From: an uncultured Alphaproteobacteria bacterium
GTDB taxonomy: Bacteria > Pseudomonadota > Alphaproteobacteria > Rhizobiales > Aestuariivirgaceae
Reading direction: 5' to 3'
Assembly (NCBI GenBank): GCA_963776685.1
Contig: CAVZNM010000005.1
Span: 90,475 to 154,474 of the forward strand
Length of the DNA stretch: 64,000 nucleotides
The notes beneath the pieces are model-generated. The model was not told the origin of the DNA. It was given only the letters and a program-made list of their open reading frames with translations, and searched no databases. Numbering within the stretch: position 1 is the first letter of the stretch; the number at the start of each line of letters is the position of its first letter. Both the position numbers and the translations under genes were made by a program. Of the stretch, positions 10,820-21,763 are shown piece after piece.

Positions 10820-11909
10820 GGGCGCCTCCATCGTGCAACGCGCTGCGGACAGCCCGGCCCGTTGCCTTGTCGAACAGCGACAGCCGCTCGCCCATGAAGC
10901 GCAGTCCGACGTGCTCGCCGGCCTTGACATTGTCGCGTGCCGGAAGCCGCGCCTTGATCTGGCCCTGCACGGTCGTGACGGTGACGATCTGGGTCGTGCC
11001 GAGATACTCGGTGCCGAACACTTCGCCGCGGAATTTCGACTTGTCATCGAAGCGGATATGCTCGGGCCGGGCGCCGAGGACGAGGTCGCCGGAGATCGCA
11101 TCCTCGCGGGTTTCGGGGATCGCGACGCGGGCGCCGGAAACCTCGATCGCCTTCGCACCCTTGGCCAGCTTGCCCGTGACCGGGATGAGGTTCATCGGCG
11201 GCGAGCCGACGAAATCGGCGACGAACATGCTGACGGGCCGGTCGTAGATTTCCTGCGGCGGCCCGAGCTGCTCGATGACGCCGCGATTCATGATGGCGAT
11301 CAGGTCGGCCATCGACATGGCCTCGAGCTGATCGTGGGTGACATAGACGGTGGTGGCGCCTGATGCGGTTGTGCAGCGCCCGCAGTTCGTCGCACATCAA
11401 CTCGCGGAATTCGGTGTCGAGGGTCCCCAGGGGCTCATCCATCAGGAAGGCAAGCGGGCGGCGCACGATGGCGCGGCCGAGCGCCACGCGCTGGCGGTCG
11501 CCGCCGGCCAGCCCCGAGACCGGCTTGTCGAGCAGATTGTGGATGCGCAGGAGCTTTGCCGTCTCCTCGACCCGGCCTTGATCTCAGCGGCTGGAACGCC
11601 CTGGCAGAGCAGCGGAAAGCCGATATTGCGCCTGACATTCATGTGCGGATAGAGCGCGAAGAGCTGGAACACGAAGGCGATGTCGCGTTCCGAGGCGCGC
11701 TTGAAGGCGACATCGTCGCCGCCAAGGAAGATGCTGCCGGAGGTCGGCAGTTCAAGCCCGGCGATCATCCGCAGCGTCGTGGTCTTGCCGCAGCCCGAGG
11801 GCCCGAGCAGGCAGAAGAAGGAGCCGTCGGGAATGGTGAAGCTCGAATCCTTCACCGCGATGAAGTCGCCGAATTTCTTTTGAAGATTTTGCACCCGGAT
11901 TTCTGCCAT
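10812..11909 (-). CDS. Sugar (CUT1) ABC transporter ATP-binding protein (frameshifted)
   Basis: GPSGCGKT and LMDEPLG motifs, [12 protein letters not shown], and a C-terminal TOBE-like region. Confidence 0.88.
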
Positions 11910-11912
11910 GGC

Positions 11913-12101
11913 TTACTCCGGGAACTTCGACACGACGATGAACATCACAGTGCCCACCAGCGTGGTGATGAAGGAGTAGGTGTAGAGCGTCAGCGACAGC
12001 GGCTGCAGCAGCATGAGCACGCCAAGCGCGATGACGATTGTCGCCAGATTTTCCCAGGGACCGCGGCGCAGGCGCAGGAACTTCGACCAGAGATCGTTCA
12101 T
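11913..12101 (-). CDS. Small 62-aa two-helix membrane protein within the ABC operon
   Basis: MNDLWSKF...WENLATIVIALGVLMLLQP...VMFIVVSKFPE. ATGA overlap with the permease stop at 12098. Confidence 0.65.
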   Translation of the reverse strand: MNDLWSKFLRLRRGPWENLATIVIALGVLMLLQPLSLTLYTYSFITTLVGTVMFIVVSKFPE

Positions 12102-13056
12102 TTGCGCACCGCGCCGAAGGTGATGCCGCGCAGCAGATGCTTGCGCAGCAGCACGGTGAAGACCAGGATCGGGATGAGGAACAGCGTCGTGCCCGCGCCC
12201 ACCGCCGGCCAGTCCATGCCGCCTTCGCCGATGATCGTCGGGATGAAGGGTGGCGCCGTCTGCGCCGCGCCGGAGGTCAGCAGCACCGCGAAGGCGATAT
12301 TCGTTCCAGGCGAAGATCAGGCAGAAGATGGCGGTGGCGGCAATGCCGGTCGCGGCCTGCGGCAGCACCACCTTGAAGAAGGCCTGCAGCCGCGTGTAGC
12401 CGTCGATCATCGCGGCTTCCTCGTATTCCTTGGGGATTTCGTCGATGAAGCCCTTGAGCAGCCAGACGGCGAGCGACACGTTGACCGCCGTATAGAGCAG
12501 GATCATGCCGAGCGCCGTGTCCGACAGGCCGAGTTCGCGGTACATGAGATAGATCGGAATGGCGACCGCGATCGGCGGCATCATGCGCGTCGACAGGATG
12601 AAGAACAGGAGATCGTCGGCCAGCGGAATCTTGAAGCGCGAGAAGGCATAGGCCGAGAGGACGCCGAGCGTCACCGCGAGGAAGGTCGAGCCGAAGGCGA
12701 TGATCAGCGAGTTGACGAAGCGCGGCACATAGTTGGACGGCCCGGCGATCACCATCTCGCGCCGCCGCGTCACCTCGTCGCAAACGCCCTTGGGCGGTCC
12801 CAGCGCCTGGATATATTCGTCCGTCTGCCGCGTGCGCGTGGTGAACAGGTTGCAATAGCCCTCGAGCGACGGATTGAACACGATCTTCGGCGGATAGGAG
12901 ATCGAATCGGGCGGCGTCTTCCAGCCGGTCGCGAAAATCCAGAACAGCGGCACCATGGAGATGAGCGCGTAGAGGATGACCAGGAAGGCGGCGACGCGCT
13001 TCGACCGTTGGCGACGGCTCGACGACCGAATGAGCGGTGCTGAGGGCGGCGCTCAT
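12098..13056 (-). CDS. Carbohydrate ABC permease (MalG-like; frameshifted)
   Basis: EAA loop EIPKEYEEAAMIDG, FAWNEY, several TM segments. Confidence 0.88.
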
Positions 13057-14006
13057 CTCTGCTTCACCCGGTTCAGGGCCTTGACATAGATGTTGGCGAG
13101 ACCGAACACCGCGACGAACAGGATGATGGCGAAGGCCGAGGAATAGCCGGTGCGGTAGGCCTCGAAGGCCTGGCGCTTCAGGGTGATCGAGGCGAGCTCG
13201 GTCGTCGAGCCCGGTCCGCCGCCGGTCAGCAGGATCACCATGTCGAACATCTTGAAATTCTCGATGCCGCGGAACAGCACCGCCAGCATGATGAAGGGCA
13301 GCGCCATGGGCAGCGTGATCGACCAGAACTGCCGCCACTTCGAGGCGCGGTCGACTTCGGCTGCTTCATAGATGTAGTCGGGTATGGAGCGCAAGCCCGG
13401 CGAGACAGATCAGCATGACATAGGGCGTCCACATCCAGGTATCGACGATGACGATCGCCCAGGGCGCCAGCGTCACCGAGCCCAGCATCTCGAAGGAGGA
13501 TGGTCGGAATGCCGGTGAAGAACGAGACGATGTAATTGAACAGCCCGATCTGCGGCTGATAGAGGAACTTCCAGAAATTGCCGACCACCGCCGGCGACAG
13601 CATCATCGGAATGAGAATGATGGTCGTCCAGAAGGCATGGCCGCGGAACTTGCGGTCGATGAGATAGGCGAGCGCGAAGCCGATCAGCGTCTGGAACAGG
13701 ATGGTCCAGAACACGAAATGGGCGGTCGCCTGCATGCGGCCCAGACGTCCGGCGAACCGAGAATGTCCGATACCATTTGAGGCCGACATTGATGACCGGC
13801 CGGTTCGGCCGGTTCGAGGCGTAGTTGGTGAAGGAGAGATAGATCGTCCAGATCAACGGAAAGATGTTGATCGCGAGCAGCAGGATGATGGTCGGCGCGA
13901 TGAACAGCCAGGCGATCGCCCGGTCGGACAGGCCGCGCACGCGCCGGCCCAGCGCCGGCGGCGTCGCCCGCGCGGCGCGATCGGCGATGCGCTCGAAGCT
14001 GGACAT
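13053..14006 (-). CDS. Carbohydrate ABC permease (MalF-like; frameshifted)
   Basis: IPDYIYEAAEVDRAS, LTGGGPGSTTE and IPMMLSPAVVG motifs. Confidence 0.87.
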
Positions 14007-14115
14007 CGACTTCTGTCGCATCGGCCATTGCCGGATTATCCGGCTGCCCACGGGCATTCCCCGGCTCGCATGGAGCCCGGGGACTGGCCGTCGGTGTGAA
14101 GTCGGGATGGATCAG

Positions 14116-15443
14116 TTACTGGATCTTGCCTTCTTCCTTGAAGATGGCGGTCCAGTCGGCGATCAGCCCGTCGAGCGCCTCCTTGGCCGTGCCCTTGTCG
14201 GCGACGACATAGTCGTGCAGTCCGCTTCTGCATGGCCTGCAGCAGCGAGGCATAGGCGGGCTCCTGCCAGAAGTCCTGCACGCCGCCCATGGCTTCGAGG
14301 AACTGCGCCGCGAAGGGCTGCGAGTCCTTGAAGCCCGGATCGTTCAGCACCGCGTTGTGGCAGGCATAGCCGCCGAGCGACCACCACTTCTTCTGCACGT
14401 CCGGCTGGGCGAACCACTTGATGTAGGCGAGCGCGCCTTCCATGTTGTCGGTGTTGGCGACGACCGAGATGCCCTGGCCGCCGAGCGTCGAGGCCGCGAC
14501 CTTCTGGCCCGGGTTGACGAAGAAGCCGGTCTTCGCGCCGACCTGTCTCGTCCTTGGCCATGCCGGGCATGAAGGCGAACCAGTTCATCATCATGGCGAC
14601 CTGGCCCGACTTGAAGGCGTCGAGGCCTTCACCCATGTAGCTGTCGGTGTAGCCGGGCGGCGTGCAGCACTTGTAGATTTCCTTGTACTTTTCGAGGCCC
14701 GCGACGGCGTCCGCGGAATTGACCGCGCCTTCCATGTCGTATTTGCCCGGCGTCATTTCGTACTTGAAGCCGTACGGATAGAGCGCCGAGGTGGCGCCCA
14801 TGGTGATGCCTTCCGAGGCGCGCTCGGTGAAGATCGCCGCGCCATAGACCTTCTTGCCGTCGATCTCGCGGCCCTGGAAGAATTCCGCGATTTCCTTCAG
14901 TTCGTCCCAGGTCTTGGGCGGCGCGAGGTCGCGATTGTACTTGGCCTTGTATTCGGCCATGAGTTCAGGCTTTTCGAACCAGTCCTTGCGATAGAACCAG
15001 CCATTGGCATCGCCCATCGCCGGCAGCGCCCAGTAGTTCGGCGTGCCCTTCGGCCAGGTCGAATAGGCATAGACGGTGGCCGGCGCGAAGTCCGACATCT
15101 TGATTCCTTCCTTGTCGAAGAAATCATTGAGCTTCACGTAGTAGCCGTTCTCGGCCGAGCCGCCGATCCACTGCGAGTCGCCGATCAGCAGGTCGCACAG
15201 CTTGCCGCCGGAATTGAGTTCGTTGAGCATGCGGTCGGCGAAGTTCGGCCACGGCACGAATTCGAACTTCATCGTGGTGCCGGTTTGCGCCTCGAAGTCC
15301 TTGGAAAGCTCGACCAGCGCATTGGCCGGATCCCAGGCCGCCCAGCACAGGGTCAGTTCGGCGGCCTCGGCCCTGGATTGGCCGGCGGCAAGCACGAATG
15401 CGGCGGCGGAGAGCGCCGTCGCGGTCTTGAGTAGCGTCTTCAT
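14116..15443 (-). CDS. Sugar ABC transporter substrate-binding protein (frameshifted near 3' end)
   Basis: Signal peptide MKTLLK...AEA, LTLCWAAWDPANAL, PPKTWDEL and FKSGQVAMMMNW. GGAGG RBS. Confidence 0.88.
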
Positions 15444-15494
15444 TCTCTTTCCTCCCGGGTTATCGGCCTCTCCACCCATGCGGCGGCCGGATTC

Positions 15495-15537
15495 TTGTTT
15501 AGTAATTTTGTTTAGTAAAGCGCAAATCACTAAACAA
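15495..15537. promoter_or_regulatory. Putative operator of the ABC/dha operon: TTGTTTAGTAA twice direct plus one inverted copy
   Basis: TTGTTTAGTAA at 15495-15505 and 15508-15518, ACTAAACAA at 15529-15537, 50-95 nt upstream of the operon start. Confidence 0.6.
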
Positions 15538-15585
15538 CGCAAGCCGGTTGGTGTGCAGGTGCGAAGAGACCCTCAGCAATGCAGA

Positions 15586-15610
15586 AGGGGCAACCCCTGG
15601 GGCTGCCCCT
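15586..15610 (-). terminator. GC hairpin downstream of the collagen-like gene
   Basis: AGGGGCA..CCC-CTG-GGG..TGCCCCT stem with only a weak U tract. Confidence 0.35.
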
Positions 15611-15643
15611 CTAAGTGTCGTATCGCGGCGTGTCTATATCCTG

Positions 15644-17518
15644 TTACGGCGTCGTTACGCAGATGGCGTAGGCTTGCAGCGCGTAACTCGCGTCTCCCGC
15701 TGTACTGTCGACCGTCCCGGAAACTGTCCACACAGTGGTACTGCTCGGATAGTTGGCAGTAATGACGATCTGCCCCGGGGTACCTGCGCCGGAGGTGATG
15801 AACCCGCCACCGACAACCACCTTGCCGGCCGCGCAGGTCGCGGTCACCGTCCTGGCAGCTTCGTCGTCGGCAGAAGCCGTCCCGATTACGATCGCATGTT
15901 CGCTGACACCGTTTGCGCCAGCGGGACCGGCTGCGCCGTCAAGACCGTTTGCACCATCGGCACCGGCAGGACCATCGGCACCGGCAGGACCGGCAGGACC
16001 GGCAGGACCGGCTGCGCCGTCAACACCGTTTGCACCATCGGCACCGGCAGGACCTGCGGGACCCGCAGGACCGGCTGCGCCGTCAAGACCGTTTGCACCA
16101 TCGGCACCGGCAGGACCGGCAGGACCGGCGGGACCCGCAGGACCGGCTGCGCCGTCAACGCCATCTGCACCGGCAGCACCGGCCGGACCAGCGGGACCTA
16201 CAGCACCATCAACACCGTCAGCGCCATCTGCACCGGCAGCACCGGCGGGACCGGCAGGACCTGCGGGACCGGCTGCGCCATCAACACCGTCAGCGCCATC
16301 TGCACCGGCAGCACCGGCAGGACCTGCGGGACCCGCAGGACCGGCTGCGCCGTCAACGCCATCTGCACCGGCAGCACCGGCCGGACCAGCGGGACCTACA
16401 GCACCATCAACACCGTCAGCGCCATCTGCACCGGCAACACCGGCGGCGCCGGCAGGACCTGCGGGACCGGCTGCGCCATCAACACCGTCTGCGCCATCTG
16501 CACCGGCAGCACCGGCGGGACCTTGCGGACCGACCGCGCCATCAACACCGTCAACGCCATCTGCACCGGCAGCACCGGCAGCACCGGCGGGGCCGGCAGG
16601 ACCTTGCGGACCGGCTGCACCATCTGCACCGGGAAGACCGGCAAGTCCTACAAGACCCTGGGGACCTGCCGGACCGGCGGGACCTTGCAGTCCAACTGCG
16701 CCATCTGCACCAGCAGGACCAGCGGGGCCCTGCGCACCGACTGCACCATCCACACCAGCAAGACCTTGGGGACCAGCTGCACCATCAGCACCAGCGGGAC
16801 CGGCTGGACCTTGCGGACCGACTGCGCCATCTGCACCAGCAAGACCTTGGGGACCAGCTGCACCATCAGCACCAGCCGGACCGGCTGGACCAGCGGGACC
16901 GACTGCACCATCTGCACCGGCCGGACCGACAGCGCCAGCGGGACCGACTGCACCATCCGCACCGGCGGGGCCGACTGCACCGTCTGCACCAGCGGGACCT
17001 TGCGGCCCGGCCGGGCCCGTATCGCCCTTCGCAACCAGTTGCTCCCAATAGAGACTATTGCCGGGAAGACCGGGAGTCTTGTTGAGATTCGCATAACCCG
17101 AGGGGGGCCGCTTGGCCCGCCAGCTGGCGCCCGCATGAATGACAAGATCGGGCTCGTAATACTTCTTGACTGCGCTCCAGGCGCCGCGCGGGGCCAAGCC
17201 GCGCGGTCCGCACAGGGAGACGACCGCTTTGACGCTCGGAGCAACGGCACCAATGAGCTTTAGGTCGACGACACAATCACCCGGATGGTAAACGACGTCA
17301 TAAGAGAATTCCCGCGTCCGGCCGTTGATGAGTACCGGCGGCAGATCATCGAGCTTCACTTGGGTGCCGGTTAGGCTTTTGCCTTTCAATTTGAGCCGGC
17401 CCTGTTCGATCTTCGCTTCCGTAACCGTGATGTCTGCGAAGGCTGCGCCAGCGCCGGCTAGCAAGAGCATCGCCGAGACGCTTACGCTCAAGAAGCTGCG
17501 GTACATGTGCGGGGACAT
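15644..17518 (-). CDS. Secreted collagen-like protein (about 624 aa)
   Basis: GGGAGAG RBS, signal peptide ending AFA, N-terminal globular domain, long Gly-X-Y tract, and C-terminal domain [15 protein letters not shown]...YAICV. Confidence 0.85.
   Translation of the reverse strand: MSPHMYRSFLSVSVSAMLLLAGAGAAFADITVTEAKIEQGRLKLKGKSLTGTQVKLDDLPPVLINGRTREFSYDVVYHPGDCVVDLKLIGAVAPSVKAVVSLCGPRGLAPRGAWSAVKKYYEPDLVIHAGASWRAKRPPSGYANLNKTPGLPGNSLYWEQLVAKGDTGPAGPQGPAGADGAVGPAGADGAVGPAGAVGPAGADGAVGPAGPAGPAGADGAAGPQGLAGADGAVGPQGPAGPAGADGAAGPQGLAGVDGAVGAQGPAGPAGADGAVGLQGPAGPAGPQGLVGLAGLPGADGAAGPQGPAGPAGAAGAAGADGVDGVDGAVGPQGPAGAAGADGADGVDGAAGPAGPAGAAGVAGADGADGVDGAVGPAGPAGAAGADGVDGAAGPAGPAGPAGAAGADGADGVDGAAGPAGPAGPAGAAGADGADGVDGAVGPAGPAGAAGADGVDGAAGPAGPAGPAGPAGADGANGLDGAAGPAGPAGPAGADGANGVDGAAGPAGPAGPAGADGPAGADGANGLDGAAGPAGANGVSEHAIVIGTASADDEAARTVTATCAAGKVVVGGGFITSGAGTPGQIVITANYPSSTTVWTVSGTVDSTAGDASYALQAYAICVTTP
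15902..17026 (-). repeat. Collagen Gly-X-Y coding repeat (about 125 triplets) with internal duplications
   Basis: Uninterrupted [12 protein letters not shown] triplets. Identical 111-bp blocks at 16128-16238 and 16326-16436. Confidence 0.9.
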
Positions 17519-17684
17519 CGTAACTCTCCCAATGCCATCTTTGCGAAGGTGAACTGCAAAGAAGAATTGGTTTGTATTTAAAACATCCGCATTAAGGTCT
17601 GATGCAGGAATTCGTTTAAAGTTGAACGGACTTTCGACTGGTCCATTAACCTCGACCATGCGGTGGAGGGGACTTGGTGTCCGT

Positions 17685-18699
17685 CTATCTGACGTCCAGC
17701 ACGCTGGTTCTGGCCTTGCGCACCACATCGGTGGCGATTGAGCCCCTAAGCAGGCGTTGCAGCCGCGAGCGGCCCTCATCGGTTACCACGATCACCTTGT
17801 AAAGAGAGCCGGATTCGACGATTTCCTCGTCTGGATCGCCCACCGCCACCTTGGTTTCGGCCACCGCGATCTTCATCGCCTTGAGCAGCGCCCGGGCATT
17901 GGCGACGGCCTCCTCGGCGGCGGCTCGGGCGGCCTCGTCTGGAGCTACGGAAAACAGGGTGATCGGCTCGCCGGTCATGTGGGCAAGCACAGCGGCGCGC
18001 CGCACCGCCTGCATCGAGCGCGATGTGCCGTCGGTGCAGATGAAGAAGCCCTTCTTGGGCGAGACTTTGCCGCGCCACCAGCACGGAGCAGGGTGCCATG
18101 GTGGCTACCGTCTGGACGATGCCCGAATCGAAAAACGACATGAACTCACTGCGCCAGTGCGACGGCTCCCCGAGGATCATCAGATTGTAAGGGCCAAGCT
18201 CGTATTGATCGAGAATGCCGTTGGCGACGTCTGGCGCGGTCTTAAGCTTCAGCACCACGCTTCGGCCTTGCGGGCTCTTGTATTCGACCTTGGTGTCGCC
18301 GGCGGGATCGCCCCAGGCGTCCTGATGCGCCGTCTCTTGCGGCCAGGCCTCCGCATCGATGCCTTCTTCCTTTAATATTTCGAGGGCGCGTTTCAGGTGC
18401 CTGACGCCCGGCAATTCAAAGCCCGCCTCCATCATGTTCTGCCGCGCCAAGCGTACTTGCAGACCGCCCGAATGCAGGCCCTGGTCGATGGGACGGACAT
18501 AGAGAACGATGATGTCACAATCATCGTTGTCGGCGAATTTGGCGGCGAAGCGCACCGTGGCAAAAGCCTCATCGCTGCCGTCGATACATGCCAGAATGCG
18601 GAAGCGATTGCGCCGCTGCCCCCGCAGGTTCTGCAGGGTCTTCTGCACCGCCGCTTCCTGGCGGTCCGAAAGGGTCGTGCGCTTGAACAATCCGAACAT
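17685..18699 (-). CDS. Tandem-domain universal stress protein (one frameshift near 18060)
   Basis: ILACIDGS...APCSVLVAR, then a second domain ending [19 protein letters not shown]. Confidence 0.8.
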
Positions 18700-18722
18700 A
18701 ACCCACTATGCGTCCAGCCGCC

Positions 18723-20279
18723 TCACCGCGCAATCAGGGGCCAGTAGAAGGTTGCGGCGGCGAGGATGAGCACGATCGAGGCGGCCGTCATGCGGATGCC
18801 GGACTTGAAGAAATCGGAAGCCTTGAGATATCCCGAGGCATAGATGATGGCGAATGCCGGATGCGCCGCGGCGGTGATATAGGCGAAGGCCGAGGCGATC
18901 GCGGTGATGAATCCAATGGTCAGCGGATCGTCGCCCGCCACCGTTGCGGTGTTGAGCACCACCGGCCCGAGCACCGCCACGGCGGCGCCCGCCGTCATGG
19001 TGTTGGTGACGAAAGTGGTCAGCACCGCCACCGCAGCGTAGAGTCCGATACCGTGACCGGCCCCAAACGGCGTAAGCGCGCCGATGAAGGTTTGCGCCAG
19101 CCATTCGGCAGCGCCCGTCTCCTTCATCTCGACGCCGAGCGAAATCGCTGCCGCGTAAAGTAGCACCACGCCCCAGTTGACGCCGGAATTGATGTCCTCC
19201 CAGCGCACCAGGCCCGCCACCAGAAAAGCAATGGCGCCGGCGATAGCGACGATGCCGAGACCGAGCGTTTCGGAAAAAGCGATCCAGCCCACGATGGTCA
19301 ACATGAACAGGAGGATGGCCGACCAGCCGGCCGAACCGAGCGGTCCGTCCATCATCACTTGGGTGCGCAGCCTTGCCACGGCGCGCGACAGGTCGCGGTA
19401 TTCGGGCTTGAAGGTCCAGAACAGCAATGCCGTCACCAGTGGCAACTGGACCAGGAACATCGGATAGGCGTAGAGCATCCAGGTGAGATAATCCACGAGA
19501 TAGCGGCGTGTCTCGGGGTCGGCCGGATTGTAGAAGAACTCGCGCCAGTAGCCGATCATGATGGCGTTGCGGGCGCCGCCTGATGGCGTGCCGATGCCGG
19601 CGATGGCGCTGCCGTAGGATATCGACAGGAGCAGCACGGCGGCGAGATTCTTGACCTTCTTGGCGTCGGTCGAGGTGAGGCTGATCAGGGTGACGCCGAC
19701 TGGCAGCATCATCGCCGCTACCGTGTGCTCGCCGATGAAGGAGGCAAGCACGCCGCACACCGCGGTGATGCCGAAGCTGATCCAGAATACGCTGGTGCCG
19801 GTCATCCGCACGATGGCAAACGCAATGCGCCTGTCGAGCTTCTGCTTGACCACCGCCACGGCCAGCATCAGCGAGCCCATGATGAACAGGACGGAATCCG
19901 TCATCAAGCTCTTGGCCACGGTGGTGGAATCAAGGCCCAGCAGCACGACTTGACCGACCACGATCATCAACGCCACGGACGGCAGCGGCACCGGCTCGGT
20001 GATGAACATGATGGTCGCCATCAGCGACATGACCAGCACGATCTGGCCTTCGTGGCTGAGACCGGCGGGGGTGGGTGCCAGCATCAGCGAGGCGCCCAGA
20101 ATCAGCGCAATGAAAAACCACCGCCGCTTCCAGAAGAAGGCAAGGTCGAGATAGGACCTGAACAGCCGGTAACGCTGGTAGCCGCGGCGGCGGAAGCGCC
20201 CGAGGCCAAGGGCGGGTTCATGCGCCTGCAAACTGTCGCGGGCGAGAGAGAAGGTGGTGGCGGCGGCAAGGGTGTTCAT
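18723..20279 (-). CDS. DASS/SLC13-family anion:sodium symporter
   Basis: GIGTPSGGARNAI, VNWGVVLLY and PAFAIIYASGY motifs. More than 10 TM segments. Confidence 0.88.
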   Translation of the reverse strand: MNTLAAATTFSLARDSLQAHEPALGLGRFRRRGYQRYRLFRSYLDLAFFWKRRWFFIALILGASLMLAPTPAGLSHEGQIVLVMSLMATIMFITEPVPLPSVALMIVVGQVVLLGLDSTTVAKSLMTDSVLFIMGSLMLAVAVVKQKLDRRIAFAIVRMTGTSVFWISFGITAVCGVLASFIGEHTVAAMMLPVGVTLISLTSTDAKKVKNLAAVLLLSISYGSAIAGIGTPSGGARNAIMIGYWREFFYNPADPETRRYLVDYLTWMLYAYPMFLVQLPLVTALLFWTFKPEYRDLSRAVARLRTQVMMDGPLGSAGWSAILLFMLTIVGWIAFSETLGLGIVAIAGAIAFLVAGLVRWEDINSGVNWGVVLLYAAAISLGVEMKETGAAEWLAQTFIGALTPFGAGHGIGLYAAVAVLTTFVTNTMTAGAAVAVLGPVVLNTATVAGDDPLTIGFITAIASAFAYITAAAHPAFAIIYASGYLKASDFFKSGIRMTAASIVLILAAATFYWPLIAR

Positions 20280-20356
20280 GGCGCCACCCTTGCCGCGGCC
20301 GGACAATGCGTGGGAAGGTGCCGCCGATTCCCGCCCGCTTCCTTCAAGACGGCTTT

Positions 20357-21752
20357 ATGGCGCATTTGCAACAGATACTCGAGCGCATCGACAGCGGCTT
20401 GCCCGCCAGCCTCGAACGCCTGTTCGAACTGCTGCGGTTTCCGACCGTGGGTACCGATCCTCGTTATCATGGTGACTGCAGAATGGCGGCGGCGTGGCTG
20501 AAAAGCGAATTGGAAGCCATGGGTTTTGCGGCAAGCCTCCGCGACACCGCGGGCCAGCCCGTGGTTCTTGCGAAATATGCGCCGGAGGGCCTGCCGTCCC
20601 ATGCGCCCCATGTCCTCTTCTACGGTCATTACGATGTTCAGCCGCCGGACCCAATCGAACTGTGGACAAGCCCGCCGTTCGAGCCACAGGTCAGGAAAGG
20701 GAAAGACGGCAAAAATCGCATCTTTGCAAGAGGCGCCTGCGACGACAAGGGCCAATTGATGACCTTCCTCGAAGCCAGCCGGGCCTGGCTGTCCGTCCAC
20801 GGATCATTGCCCTTCGGGCTGACTGTGCTGCTCGAGGGCGACGAGGAGGGCGACAGCTCCCACATCGACCGGTTCGTGGCCGGTAACCACCGGGAACTGG
20901 CCGCCGACGTGGTCTTCATCTGCGACACCGGTTTGTGGAATGACGACACTCCGGCGATCGAAATCAGGCTGCGCGGCTGCATCTGCGAGGAGGTGAGGAT
21001 CACCGGCCCAAAGGTCGACCTGCATTCCGGCGATTTTGGCGGACCGGCGGTGAACCCGATTAAGACACTGACTCGTATTCTAGCGGCCATGCACGGCATT
21101 AACGGACGGGTTACCATTCCCGGCTTTTACAATGGTGTGAGGCCTGCTGCGGCCGGCCTCCGCCGGCAATGGGCAAAACTCAAGTTTCCGGCCAAGAAGT
21201 TCCTCAACGATGTCGGCCTTGGCATCCCGGCGGGTGAAATCGCGCTTTACGCCACTCGAACAAATCTGGGCTAGGCCCACCGCCGAGGTGAACGGCATCT
21301 GGGGCGGCTATCGCGGCGCGGGGATGAATACCGTCCTGCCTTCCCAGGCGTCGGCGAAATTGTCCTTCCGCCTTGTCGAAGGGCAACACCCCAGGCACGT
21401 GCGCAAGGTGTTGCGCGATTTCGTCCGGGCCAGGCTGCCCGGGGACTGCCGCGCCAGCTTTGTCTCGCAAGGTGGCGACAGTTCCGGCATCTCCGTCGAC
21501 GGCGACAGCAAATGGGTGACGGCCGCCAAGATGGCACTTGCCGAGGAATGGGGCAGGCCAGCCGTGCTGACCGGGTCGGGCGCCTCCATTCCGGCAGTCG
21601 AGTCATTCAAGAAACATCTGAAGATCGACAGTCTTCTTGTGGGCTTCGCGCGCGTCGACGACAATGCTCACAGCCCCGATGAGAAATACGATGTCGAATG
21701 CTTCCACAAGGGTATCCGCTCCTGGGCCCGGATCATTTCGCAATTTTCCTGA
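20357..21752 (+). CDS. M20 metallopeptidase/dipeptidase, copy 1 (one frameshift near 21240)
   Basis: YGHYDVQP, RGACDDKGQ, EGDEEG, DLHSG and NAHSPDE motifs. Confidence 0.88.
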
Positions 21753-21763
21753 AGGAACTACGC

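Noticed and set aside
15902-17026. Repeats as a possible CRISPR array
   Set aside because: 9-bp coding periodicity, no unique spacers and no cas genes.
15548-17263. Long plus-strand repetitive ORFs (Cys/Thr/Gly-, Pro/Ala- and His/Arg/Gln-rich)
   Set aside because: Antisense shadows of the Gly-X-Y repeat. Only the minus frame has an RBS, signal peptide and terminal domains.
17560-17655. CtrA sites in the AT-rich region upstream of the collagen gene
   Set aside because: TTAA half-sites are present but not at the TTAA-N7-TTAA spacing.
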